A DNA stretch of 64,000 nt, from NCBI GenBank assembly GCA_963775425.1, contig CAVZJB010000006.1:128001-192000 (forward strand), given 5' to 3'. This DNA is from an uncultured delta proteobacterium (GTDB lineage: Bacteria > Myxococcota > UBA727 > VGSZ01). Positions 23,601 to 35,472 of this stretch are shown one piece after another (positions within the stretch are counted from its first letter, which is position 1; each line of letters opens with the position of its first letter). The notes beneath the pieces were generated by a model. It had not been told where the DNA came from. It made no database searches and saw only the letters and a program-made list of their open reading frames with translations. The position numbers and the translations under genes were made by a program.

Positions 23601-26600
23601 TGGTCACCGACGTCCTGCCGCCCGGCGTCCTCGTCGACGTCAGCGTGCTCGACGGCGGCAGCGACGACGCCGGCCTCGTGACGTGGACGGTACCCCGCGT
23701 GCCGCCGGGCGGCAGCGCCGTCGTGCGCGTGCGCGCCACCGTGGATCCGCTCGCCACGGGAGGCACCCGCATCGAGAACCGCGCCGAGGCCACCGCCAAC
23801 GAGGTCGGCCTCGCCGTCCGCTCCGACGACCCGGACACGGCCACGCCCGACGACGCCACCGTCCGCGTCGTCACCGCCAGCGAGCTCTGGCACGGCACCG
23901 TCGAGCTGTTCGACGCCGACAGCGGCGCGCCCATCGTCACGCCGGTCATCCCGCAGCAGCGCATCCGCGGGCGCATCACGTTCCAAAACGACGGCAACCA
24001 GACCGCGCAGGCGGTGGTGCTCACCGTGCCCGTGCAGCAAGACCGCATCGTCGTCGACAGCACCACCGGCGGCGGCGTGGTCGACCAGGCCGGGGTGCGC
24101 TGGGACGCGAGCCAGAACCCCGCGTTCGTGCGCATGTCCACCGGGCAGGGCGCGCAGGTGGAGTTCACCGGCAGGATGGCGTCACCGCTGCCAGACGACA
24201 TCGACATCCCCGTCGAGGGCCTCGTCGTCACTGCCGCCGTGCCGACGCCGCCGGCGGTCATCGGGCCCGCGGTGCTGCACACCAGGAGCCGCCCCGACCT
24301 GAGCGCCACCACCAAGGAGGTCATCGACGACGACGGCGGCCTCGTCGAGCCCGGCGACCTCCTCACGTATCGCATCACGGTCCTGAACGACGGCGGCGTG
24401 AGCGCACCCAACGTCCACGTCTTCGACGCCATCCCCGGCGGCATGGTCTACGTCGCGAATTCCACGCGGTTGCGCGGCCAGCCCGTCGCCGACCCCGCGC
24501 CGTCCGTGTCGCCGCTGCAGGCGCCGTCGTCGGCGGGGCAGCCGGCGGGGCTCGCCGTCGGCGACCTCGACGCGGGCCGCAGCGCCGTCGTCGAGATGAA
24601 GGTGCGGGTGTCGCCGGCCGCGCCGCGCGGGGTGCGCATCGACAACCAGGCCGTCCTCACGGCCTCGGGTGCGCCCGACGCGGTGAGCGACAACCCCAAC
24701 ACGCCGCTCATCCTCGGTGATCCCACGCCCGTCATCGTCGGCGGCGGCGCGTCTCTCGTCGCCGAGAAGGTCGGCGCGCCCTCGCCGGTGGTCGCGGGCG
24801 ACGCCCTGCACTTCGACATCCACATCGAAAACGTCGGCACCGAGCCCGCCCTTGGAATCACCGCCGACGACGTCGTGCCGCGCGGCACGCACTACCTCAC
24901 CGGCTCGCTCGTGGTCGACGGCGTCCCCGCCACCGACGCCGCGGACCGCGACGACGCCGACGTCTCCGGCGCCGGCCTCGTCACCGTGCACCTGCACCGC
25001 GCGCTGCTGGAGGCGGGCGAGGGCGTCACCCTCGGCTTCGACGTCAAGGTCGACAGCGCGAGCGTGGTCGAAAACCAGGCGCAGGTGGCGTCGGAAAACG
25101 CGGGCTCGCTCCTCACCGACGGAGACCCGTTGGTGCCGGGCGCCCAGCCGACGGTGGTGCCGGTGAAGAACGCGCGCGCCATCGTCATCGACCCCGACAC
25201 GGTCCGCATCATCGACGACCGTGGGGGCGTCCTCTTGCCGGGAGACACCGTCACCGTGCGGGCCACCGTGCGCAACCAATCGCTCGAGCACGTGGTGCTC
25301 GACGGCGTCGAGCTTGGCGTCAGCGCGCTCCTCGACGTCGTGCCGGAGGCGGTGACCGCGGCGGATCCGCGGCTGCGCTTCGACGCCGCCCAACGCGTGG
25401 TGCGCTTCGTCGACGGCACCAGCGTCGACATCGAGGACGGCGGCGCGTTCGACGTCACCTTCCCCGCCACCGTGAGCGGCGACGCGCGCACCGGAGACAC
25501 CGTGCGCGCGCTCGGCAGCGCCCACGTGCACACGCTGGACGGCGCGCTCGAGAAGAACGCGAACCTCGGCCGCGCCGCGCTCACCGTCGGGTTGTTGCCG
25601 GGCACCGGCGCCATCGAAGGCACGCTGTTCCTCGACGGCGGCGAGCACGACGAGGTGTTCCAACCCGAGACCGACGCGCGGGTGCGGGGCATGTCCGTGC
25701 TCGCCTTCTGGCGTGACGACACCGAGCCCGTGCAGACCGCCATCGCCGACGACCAGGGCCACTTCCAACTGCTCCCCGTGCCCGCCGGCCGGTATCGCCT
25801 CGAGCTGCGCTCGCCGGGCGGCGCTTCGTTCGGCGCCGTCGGCGCGAGCGAGCTGCAAAGCGGCGAGGTGCGCGAGCGCGACATCGCCGTGACGGCCACG
25901 GGCGCGGTCTACCTGAGCGGCTCGCAGCGCGTGCCCGAGGGGGCACGCGTGCAGCTCTTCGCCGACGACGGCGACGCCGACCCCGACAACGACGTCCTCG
26001 TGTCCGATCGCCTGCTCGGCGAGGGGCAGCAGGGCCAGCCGGTGACCGCGCAGGGTCTGTATCGCTTCGACCCGCCGCCCGGCCGGTATCGCATCGCCGT
26101 GGAGCCGCCCGATCCGCTGACGTCGTTCCCGTCGTCCGCGGTCCCCGTCGCCGCCGACAGCGCGGGCAACCCCTTCGGCGCGTTCGCCGCGCTCGACGGC
26201 GCCGGCGACGTCGAGGGCGTCACCGCGCCGCTGCCGGTGTTCAATCCGCGCGGCGCCGGCGCGGGCGGCGCGGTCAACGGCGGCGAGCCGTACTTCCTGC
26301 GCTTCGACGTGCAGGCCGGCGGGCCGCCGCTGTCGCGCAACTTCATCCCCGTGGACGCGCTCAAGTCGCAGCTCACCTTGACGAAGACCGCGAACCACAA
26401 GCGCGCGAGCGTCGGCGACATCGTGAGCTACACGGTGCGCGTCGACAACCGCGCGCTCGCCGGGGTCACCACGGCAGACGGCGGCGTCGAGATCATCGAC
26501 ACGTTGCCGTTCGGCTTCCGCCTCGTCGACGGGAGCTACCGCCTCGACCGCATCACCACGGACGGCAAGGGACAACAGCGCCGCAGCCAGGTGGTGGTGA

Positions 26601-29600
26601 AGGACCACGGCGGCACCGCGCACGTCTTTGGGCCGTTCGAGATGCTGCCGTCGTCGGCGTACGAGCTGCGCTACAACGTCGTCGTCGGGCCGGGGACGAC
26701 GACGGGCCCGCACGAAAACCGCGCGGCGCTGCGCATGGCCGCCGGGCAGGTGCCGCTGAGCGAAGACGCGCTCGCGTCGGTGCAGGTGGTCGCCGACGGC
26801 CTCTTCGACCTCGGCACCATCCGCGGCAAGGTCTTCTGCGACGACGACGGCGACGGCTGGCAGGACGCGGGAGAACAAGGGCTCCCCGGCGTGCGCATGG
26901 TGGTCGACACCGGGCAGTGGACCGACAGCGACGTCACGGGCAAGGCGCACTTCTCCGCCATCCCGGCGGGCATGCACCTGGTGAAGCTCGACGAGCGCAC
27001 GCTGCCGCCGGGGACCGTGCCCGAGAAGGTGCGCGAGACCTTCTACATGTCGCCCGGCCTCCCCGCCGAGATCTCGTTCGGCGCGAAGTGCGTGTTCTCG
27101 TCCGAGGACAAGCCCGAGGTCGTCGTCAACGAGGCCGCCTACGCCCCGGGCGAGGGCGAAGGGCCGGTGAAGCACCACCTCGAAGGCCAGGCGAGCCCGG
27201 CCAAGCTCACCGTCGACGGCGTCGCCGTGGATGTGCAGCGCGCGGACCTGGGCGTCGGCGTCGAGGGCGAAGATCCTGCGTTCGCCGGCGCCGCGGGCCC
27301 GAACCTCCCCGCCGTCGTCGACGGCGGGCTGCGCCCGCGCGTCGAATTCATCCCGCGCGTCGACGGCGGCGCCGCGCCCGTGGCGTGGCAGATCGAGATC
27401 GAGGCCCTGGGCCTGCCCGCGCCCTCGGGCGCGGAGCCGCCTTCCTCCGGCGTGGGCAGCGCTTCTGCGCCGCGCGCCGTCGAGGTGGATCCGCTCGCCC
27501 AGCCGCGGACGGTGTGGATGTTCGCGGGCCACGGGGCGCCGCCGTCGCACGTGTTCTTCGACGGCAAGGACCCGCAGACGGGATCGGAGGAGCTGTTCGA
27601 GCACCAGCTCTATCGCGCCACGCTCACCGTCGGGTTCGAAGACGGCGCGCGCGCGACGTCGGCGGCGCGCGTGTTCGGCGTGCGCGCGGGCGCGGGCGCG
27701 GACGACGCGCCGGGGCAGACCTTCGAGATCGACTCCGTCGACGGCGAGCTGTTCTCCCGCGCGGGCCGGCCCACGGCCCGCCTGTCGGGTTGGCTCGGGG
27801 GCCACGCCACGGCGCTGCGCGGAAAGAAGGTCACCGTCGTCGTGCACACCGATCAGACCGGCGCGGCGGCGCGCTCGCTGACGGCGCGCCGGGCGGCGGC
27901 GGCAAAGAAGGCGCTCGTCGGCTTCGGCCTCGCCGCCGACGACGTCGCCGTCAAAGGCGCCGGCGACGCGTTCCCCAAGATGCCGAACCTCCGCCGGCGC
28001 GATCGGCTCACCAACCGCCGCGTGGAGATCGTCGTCGACAAGAGCGAGAGCGCGCTGCCGCCGCTGGCGGCGCCTGCCGCCGTTGCGCCGTCGGCGCGGG
28101 TGAACGGCAAGGAGGTCGCCGGCGACGGCGCGTTCGCCGTCGACGTCTCCGTGCCGCGCGGAGACGCGCTCGCGGTGGAGCTCGTGTCGTCGACCGGGGC
28201 GGTGACGCGCGTGGTGAAGAGCGACACGCCGGCGGCGGCGAGCACGGAGACGCCGGCGGCGCCGCTGTCGGTGTCGTTCAATCCGGGGTCGCGCGCCCTG
28301 ACGCTCGACGGCGACCCCGTGAGCGCCGCGCTCCTCGGCGTCCGCATCGCGCGCGCGGCGCTGGCCGCCGACGGGAGCGCGGTCATCGAGCCCGCGCTCC
28401 CCCCGAAGCCCGCGGCGGCGGACGGCGCGAACGCCATCGTGGCGTGGACCGTGCGCGTCTTCGTCGAGAAGGACGGCGCGCCGGCGTTCGCCGAGGACGA
28501 CGCCGCTATCGGTCCCGTGGTGCGCGAGCTTTCGGGTGAGGGCAGGCCGCCGGCGAAGATCGCGTGGGACGGCCTCGACGCCGACGGCCAGAAGGTGCCC
28601 GGCGGGCGGCTGCGCGCGCGGCTCATCGTGAAGACCGCGGGCGGCGACACCGGCATCTCGCCCGACGCGCCGCTTTTGGCCGGCGCCGCGGGCGTCGCGG
28701 GGGCGCCGGTGGTCATCGCCGATCCACTCGACGCGCACGGCAAGCTGACGGCGGCGGCCAACAACGCGGTGAAGGCGCTGGCGGCGCAGGCCAAGGACGC
28801 GGCGGCGGTGAAGATCACCGTGCACAGCGACGACAGCGGCACGCAGCTCAACCGGCGCTTCCGCACGCAAAACGGCGCCACCGCCATGAAGGCGCTCCTC
28901 GTCGCCGCGGGCGTGCCCGCCGCCAAGGTGAGCGCGGTGGGCATGGGCTCGGACAAGCCGTTGGTGCCGAACCTCAGCCGCAAGATGCGCGAGGAGAACC
29001 GCCGCGCCGAGGTGGTGTTGGTTGCGCCCGCGGCGCCGGCGCCGACGTCGACGTCGACGCCGGTGGCGCCCGCGCTGCGCGCCAACGGCCAGCCGCTCGC
29101 GCAAGACGGCGAGCGCCTCGGCGGGCAGGTGCCGGCGACGCGCAGCGGCGAGACCGTCCTCGACCTCCGCGACGCCGACGGCGCGCGCGCCACGCTCCAC
29201 GTCCGCCCGAACGACGCGGGCGAGGTCTGGGAGGGCGACGCCCCCGCGTACGCAGCGTGGGTCGCCATGGCCGCGCCCGTCGAGCTCGCGCCGCCCGCCG
29301 AGGCCGCCGCGGCCCCTGTCGGGGGGGCCGCGAGCGGCACGCCCGTCGAGGGTGCGGGGCGCGCGCGGCCCGTCGCCGGCGCGGCGCCTGTCGACGGCAT
29401 CGCGCCGCTCACGCCGGCAAAGCCGAAGAGCGCGGGCCCGCCCACCTGGTACCCGGACGTCCAGAAGCTCGGGGCGCACGACCTCGTCGTCGAGCTCCCC
29501 GCCGACACCAGCGCGCTCCACGCGGACACGCTCCTCGTGCGCGGACGAACCAATCCGCAGAACAAGCTGCGCATCGGCACCGACGAGGTCGCCGTCGATC

Positions 29601-32600
29601 CCGACACCGGGGCCTTTGTTCACGTCGTCAAGCTGCCCGAGGGCGACAGCGACCTCGTCGTCGAGGCCACCGACCCCACCGGCAACGTCGGCCGCATCAA
29701 GCGCGCGGTCAACGTCGACACCACCGGCTGGTTCGCGCTCCTCCTCGCCGACACGGCGTTCGGCGGCGACGGCGCCGACCTCGGCGAACGCACACCCTTC
29801 ACCTCGGTCAAGCTCGGCGACACGTTCCTCTACGGTCGCGGCGCGGCGTTCGTGCAGGGCCGCTGGCACGGGCCCTGGATGTTCCAGGACTACGCGCTCA
29901 CGCTCGACGTCGACACGCGCCGCTGGCAGAGCGACGTCTTCGATCCCGAGCTCATCGATCCCGAGCGCTTCTTCCCCGTCTACGGCGACTCCTCCGTCGA
30001 AAACGTCGACGCCACACGCTCCGCGTTCCCGCTCTACGTCGACCTCAAGGCGGACAGCTCGAGCCTCATCGTCGGCAACGTGCGCACGGACCTCCAGGCC
30101 GGGTCGCTGTTCCGCTACCAGCGCGCGCGCAGCGGCGCCCAGCTCGTGTTCGACCGCGGCTGGACCGCGCCCCTCGAGACGCCGTACGCCAGGGTGAACG
30201 GGCACGCCGACGGCCCGGCGGCAGCGGCGGACAACAATCCGTGGCGCACCACGGTGACCACGTTCGTGGCCGGCGGCGGCGGACAGCGGCACGCGCGCGT
30301 CGAGCTGCTCGGCACGGGATCGAGCGTGTACTTCCTGCGGCACGAACGCGTGGTCGAGGGCAGCGAGAGCGTCGCCATCATCGTCCGCGACGCCGTCACC
30401 GGCGCGGAGGTCTCGCGCACGCCGCAGGTGCGCGACGTCGACTACAACATCCGCTACGACGAGGGCCGGGTGATGTTCAAGGAGCCCGTGGGCGCGTTCG
30501 CCGACGACATCTCGGGGCTCACCATCAACCACAACCTCGGGCAGGTGCAAAACGCCGACCGCGTCTTCGTCGAGGTCGAGTACGAGCACCAGGAGGACGA
30601 CCCCTTCATGGGCGTCGGCGCCGGCGCCCAGTTGAAGCAGCGCGTGCTCGGCCACGCCGAGGTCGGCGGCGGCTACGTGTATGAGTCCCGCGAGGGCGGC
30701 GCGCTCGGGTACCAGCTCGGCGGCGGACACGTGAGGCTGTTCGTCGACGACAACACGTGGATCCAGGGCGAGCTGCTCGGGTCGCAGTCGGTGGACGCCG
30801 GCAACTTCGTGTCCCTCGACGGCGGCCTCACCTATTCGTCGCTCGGCCAGAGCCTCGATCAGAAGGACGGGCAGATCGGCCGCCAGATCTTCCCCGCCGA
30901 CCGCGCCGGTGTCGCCTTCAAGCTCGAGGGCAACGCGCAGCTCGGCACGACGCTCGGCCGCAAGGACAACGCCGACGCCAACCTCCACGCGTACGTGCAG
31001 CAGTTGCAGCCGGGCTTCTTCGCCGACGCGTCCATCGTCGAGCAGGGGCAGACCAAGTGGGGCACCGAGGCCGCCTGGCGCATCGTCGACGACGGCAAGC
31101 TCAAGCTCCGCTACGACGGCGTGGTGAGCGAGATCCCCGAGGTGCAGCCGCTCACCGAGTTCCGCACGCTGCATCGCGAGATCGCCACGGCGCACTACGA
31201 GCACCGGGTGCTCGCGCCGCTGACCGTCTTCGGCGAGTACGGCTTCGGCTACACCTACGACAGCGGATCGTTCGGCCGGAGCGCCATCGCGCCGTCGCAC
31301 GACTTCGTCACCAACGTCGTCGCGCTCGGCGTCGACTGGCAGCTCCTCGAGCGCGTCGAGCTCGGCTTGAAGCAGGAGCTCGTGCTCACCGGCGATCCCA
31401 ACCAGCTCAAGGGGCCGCTCGATCAGCTCGTGAGCCACCTGCTCGTCAAGTACGCGCTCACCGAGGACCTCTCGCTCGTCGGCGGCAGCGACCTGCGTTG
31501 GAGCGGCGAGAACCAGGAGCACCTCGGCGTCTCCTACGCCATCAACAAGGGCGCGCGCGTCTACGCGAGCGAGCGCGTGGGCGTGCTGCCCGCGCCCGTC
31601 ACCGGCACCATGGGCTTCAACACCACCACCGTCGTCGGCGGGGAGACCGACGTCGGGCCCGGCTCGCAGGCGTACGCCGAGTACCAGCTCGACGGCGGCT
31701 TCTCCGGCGATCAGAGCCGCGGCGTCGTCGGCTTGAAGACCGCGTACCGCCTGCCGTTCGGCTTCGCGCTCAACTTCGGCTACGAGCGCATCATGCTGGT
31801 CGGCGGCACGGTGCCCACCACCGAGGGCGGCAACGTCCCGCCGGGCGCCTTCACCGACGGCACCTTCTACGCCGCGCCCGGCGCCAACGCGGGCGGCGCG
31901 TTCCTCGCCGGCGAAGGCTCGCGCGACGCGGTGTCGGCGGGGGTCGAGCTCAAGCGCGGCGAGGCCGTCGTCGCCAGCCAGCGCTTCGAGCTGCGCTACG
32001 ACAACCGGACCGAGGCGCGCGGCGGACACGACCGCCTCTGGCTGCTGTCCGGCTCCGGCGGCTCGGTGCGGCTGAGCCCCGAGCTGTCGCTGCTCGGGCG
32101 CTACAACATCGCGCTGGCCCAGGATCTCGCGCTGTCGGAGCGCGAGGCGTACTTCGAGGAGGGCGCGTTCGGCGTCGCTTATCGCCCCGTGACCCACGAT
32201 TGGTTCAGCGTGCTGGCCAAGATCTCCCGGCGCGTCGACGTGCGGCCGCTGTCGCTGGAGGCCGGCACCAGCGACGACTACACGGCGCACGCCATGAGCG
32301 TCGAGCCCATCGTGGAGCTGCCGTGGAAGGTGCAGCTCGTCGAGAAGCTCGCGCTCAAGCACGCGAGCGAGAAGCTCGACGACGTGCCGGAGGCGAACGC
32401 GCTCACGGGTCTGTGGATAAACCGCGTCAACCTCCACGCGCTCGGGCTCATCAAGTCGCTCGGCGTGAAGCAGCCGCTGCCCGGGGAGATCGACCTCGGC
32501 GTCGAGTACCGCGTGCTCGCCGGCTTCACCTACGGCACGGTGGAGCACGGCCCGCTCGTCGAGGTGCAGGTGGCGCCGGTGGAGTACTTCCGCGTCGGCG

Positions 32601-32695
32601 TCGGCTACAACTTCACGAGCTTCTCCGACGACGAGCTCGACTCCGGCAAGCTCGACCGCAGCGGCTTCTTCGTCCGCGCCGTCGGCAGCTTCTAG
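17689..32695 (+). CDS. Giant (~5000 aa) DUF11/isopeptide-repeat adhesin fused to OmpA-like domains and a large C-terminal outer-membrane beta-barrel; indels at ~17800, ~21573 and ~21912
   Basis: Signal peptide in frame 17689; main ORF 17861-32695; ~17 K..PGDxxxYTxxxxNxG..VTD.LP..NQA repeats; GKVFCDDDGDGWQDAGEQGLPGV; two NRR(V/A)E(I/V)V OmpA-like motifs; amphipathic strands ending FFVRAVGSF. Confidence 0.88.
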
Positions 32696-33706
32696 TCAGC
32701 TCGTGAGCACGACCTTGCCGATGTTCTTGCGCTCCTGGATGAAGCGGTGCGCAGCGGCGGCGTCGACGAGCGGGAAGCTCCTGGCGATGATGGGCTTGAT
32801 GCGGCCGGCGTCGTAGTCGGCGAGCAGGCCGAGGGCCTCGCGCCGCAGCAGGTCGATGTGGTCCCACAGGTGACCGAGGTTCACGCCGATGACGGCCTTG
32901 TTGTCGTTCATCAGCTTGATGGGGTGAAACCACGGGAGCTTGACGACGGAGAGGAGCGCGCGCACCCGCGACGGCGCCATGCCCGACGACGCCTGCGACA
33001 GGCCGAAGCAGAACAGCCGGCCGAGCGGCGCCAGGCAGCGGTAGCTCTTCGCGAACGCCCCGGTGGCGTCGAGGACGATGTCGACGCCGCGGCCGTCGGT
33101 GATGCGCTTGACGGCCTCTTCGAAGTCCTCGGTGCGGTAGTCGATGCAGTGCGTGACGCCCATCCCCCTGAGCGTCTCGTGCTTGGACGCCGAGGCCGTG
33201 CCGATGACCTCGGCGCCGGCGATGCGGCACAACTGGATGGCCGCCATGCCGACGCCGCCGGCGGCGGCGTGCACGAGGACGCGCTCGTCGCTCTTCACGT
33301 TGCCGAGCGTGCGCAGCATCAGCAGCGCCGTCAGGTAGTTCACGGGGATGGCCGCGCCCTCCTCGAAGGACATCGCCGCCGGCATCGGGAAGACCTGCGC
33401 CGCCGGGACGGCCACGGCCTCGGCGTAGCCGCCGAAGCGGGTGAGGGCGAGCACGCGGTCGCCGGCCTTCACGCCGGTGACGCCGTCGCCGGTCTGCTCG
33501 ACCACGCCCGCGACCTCGTATCCGACGACGCAGGGAAACGGCGGCGCGTCGGGGTAGACGCCCAGGCGGGCGGAGACGTCGGCGAAGTTGATGCCGCTCG
33601 CCGTCACGCGGACGAGCACCTCGCCGGGCTTCGCCGCAGGGTCCGGTCCCTCCCGGACTTCGAGGACTTCGGGCGGGCCGGCGCGAGGGATCCAGACGGA
33701 GCGCAT
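32696..33706 (-). CDS. MDR-family NADPH:quinone oxidoreductase (VAT-1-like)
   Basis: GINFAD..R.G.YP, GYEVAG, VLVHAAAGGVG, RKNIGKVVL. Confidence 0.92.
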   Translation of the reverse strand: MRSVWIPRAGPPEVLEVREGPDPAAKPGEVLVRVTASGINFADVSARLGVYPDAPPFPCVVGYEVAGVVEQTGDGVTGVKAGDRVLALTRFGGYAEAVAVPAAQVFPMPAAMSFEEGAAIPVNYLTALLMLRTLGNVKSDERVLVHAAAGGVGMAAIQLCRIAGAEVIGTASASKHETLRGMGVTHCIDYRTEDFEEAVKRITDGRGVDIVLDATGAFAKSYRCLAPLGRLFCFGLSQASSGMAPSRVRALLSVVKLPWFHPIKLMNDNKAVIGVNLGHLWDHIDLLRREALGLLADYDAGRIKPIIARSFPLVDAAAAHRFIQERKNIGKVVLTS

Positions 33707-33795
33707 GACGCGGCGGTACCGCCGCTGGCGCGCCCGCGTCAATGCGGAATGCGTCGCGTTCGCGCTATCGTGAACCGGTCTTGGCGGAGGGGCGT

Positions 33796-35472
33796 ATGGG
33801 AGCGGACGTCGACGTGCTGGTCATCGGAGCGGGCCCCACGGGCCTCGCGCTCGCGATCGAGCTTCATCGCTGGGGGCTGCGCTGCCGGCTGGTCGACAAG
33901 CTCGCGGCGCCGGCGCGGGTGACCAAGGCGTCGGGCGTGATGCCGCGGACGCTCGAGGTGCTCGACGGCATGGGCGTCGGCGAGCCCCTGCGGGCCGCGG
34001 GCCTCCCGCTGCGCGGGATGACGACGTGGGCCGAGGAGCACCAAAAGCTCATGGACCTCAGCTTCGACGGCGTGGACTCCCCGTGGCCGATGGTGGTGAG
34101 CCTCCCGCAGTACGAGACCGAGCGCCTCCTCACCGAGCGGCTCACGGCGCTCGGCGGCCGCATCGACCGCTGCCTCGACGTCGTCGGGCTCGAGGACAAC
34201 GACGACGGCGTGCGCGTCACCCTCGAGCGGGACGGCGGCGGCCGCGAGGACATGACGGCGTCGTACGTCGTCGGCAGCGACGGCGCGCACTCCTTCGTGC
34301 GCCATCACCTCGGGCTCACCTTCGAAGGCGCGGCGTACCCCGAGGACTTCCTCGTCGTGCACGCCGGCATCGACTGGGACCTGCCGCCCGATCGCATCGG
34401 CATGGTGCTCAGCAGGAAGGGGATGATCTTCGGCAACCCGCTGCCCGACGGCCGCTGGATCATGACCGGCGATCTGCCTCAGGGCACCGAGCACCATCAC
34501 ACGCCGACGGTGGCCGACGTGCAGGCGCTCCTCGACGGCCGCGCGCCGCCGGGGAGCAAGGCGCGCGACCTCGTGTGGGCTTCGTACTTCCGCATCCACC
34601 ACCGCCAGGTGAACCGCTACGGCAAGGGCCGCATGTTCGTCGCCGGCGACGCCGCCCACGTGCACTCCCCCGCGGGCGGCCAGGGCATGAACACCGGCAT
34701 CCAGGACGCCGTGAACCTCGGCTGGAAGCTCGCGCTCGTCGTCACCGGCGCCGCCGACGCCAGGATCCTCGAGAGCTACGACGCCGAGCGCCGCCCGGTG
34801 GGCAAAGAGGTGCTGAAGTTCGCCAACCAGGTGCAGGTCTCCTCCACCATCCACCACCCGGTGCTGCAAAAGCTCAGGGACACGGTGCTCGTCGCCGCCG
34901 GCCAGCTCGAGGTGGTCCGTCACCTCACGCTCGGCCAGATGAGCGAGGTGGCGTACACCTACCGTCACGGACCGCTGGCGGCCGAGCACACCGACCCGGG
35001 CTTCCACCTGCACCGCGACGCGCGCCACGCCACCTTCGACGACTGCCTCGCGTTTCATCACGGCCCCGTCGCCGGCGACCGCGCCCCCGACGTGCCTCTC
35101 GGAGACGGCCGCCTGTACTCCAGGCTCGGCGGCGCGGCATTCCACGCGTTGCTGTTCGAGGGCACGCACCGGCCGCTCGACGCCGAGCCCGATCTCATCC
35201 GGATGGCGCGCGCGATGCGCGAGGCCTGGGGCGATCGCGTGCGCGTGAGCGTGGTGACGCCGTACGCAGAGCCGCCGGAGGCCGTCGCCGACGACGTCGA
35301 CGTCGTCACCGATCCCTTCCAGGCCGCGCACAAGCGCTACGGCGCCCGCGGCCCGTGCCTCTACCTCGTGCGCCCCGACGGCTACGTGCTGTACCGGTGC
35401 CAGAGCCCGGACGCCGCCCGCGCGGCGCGCTTCGCCACGGGCGCGGGCATCAAGCTCGCGGTGCCCGCGTGA
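33796..35472 (+). CDS. FAD-dependent aromatic monooxygenase (PheA/TfdB family)
   Basis: VIGAGPTGL, VGSDGAHS, AGDAAHVHSPAGGQGMNTGIQDA, GDRAPD, LVRPDGYV. Confidence 0.93.
   Translation: MGADVDVLVIGAGPTGLALAIELHRWGLRCRLVDKLAAPARVTKASGVMPRTLEVLDGMGVGEPLRAAGLPLRGMTTWAEEHQKLMDLSFDGVDSPWPMVVSLPQYETERLLTERLTALGGRIDRCLDVVGLEDNDDGVRVTLERDGGGREDMTASYVVGSDGAHSFVRHHLGLTFEGAAYPEDFLVVHAGIDWDLPPDRIGMVLSRKGMIFGNPLPDGRWIMTGDLPQGTEHHHTPTVADVQALLDGRAPPGSKARDLVWASYFRIHHRQVNRYGKGRMFVAGDAAHVHSPAGGQGMNTGIQDAVNLGWKLALVVTGAADARILESYDAERRPVGKEVLKFANQVQVSSTIHHPVLQKLRDTVLVAAGQLEVVRHLTLGQMSEVAYTYRHGPLAAEHTDPGFHLHRDARHATFDDCLAFHHGPVAGDRAPDVPLGDGRLYSRLGGAAFHALLFEGTHRPLDAEPDLIRMARAMREAWGDRVRVSVVTPYAEPPEAVADDVDVVTDPFQAAHKRYGARGPCLYLVRPDGYVLYRCQSPDAARAARFATGAGIKLAVPA

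Noticed and set aside
17689-24720. 2343-aa ORF as a separate overlapping gene
   Set aside because: Arg-rich off-frame read; only its first ~38 aa and segment 21573-21912 are real parts of the giant gene.
24182-32548. 2788-aa antisense ORF and many other long overlapping ORFs
   Set aside because: Shadow ORFs expected from high GC3; no motifs, and they lie opposite or out of frame with well-supported genes.
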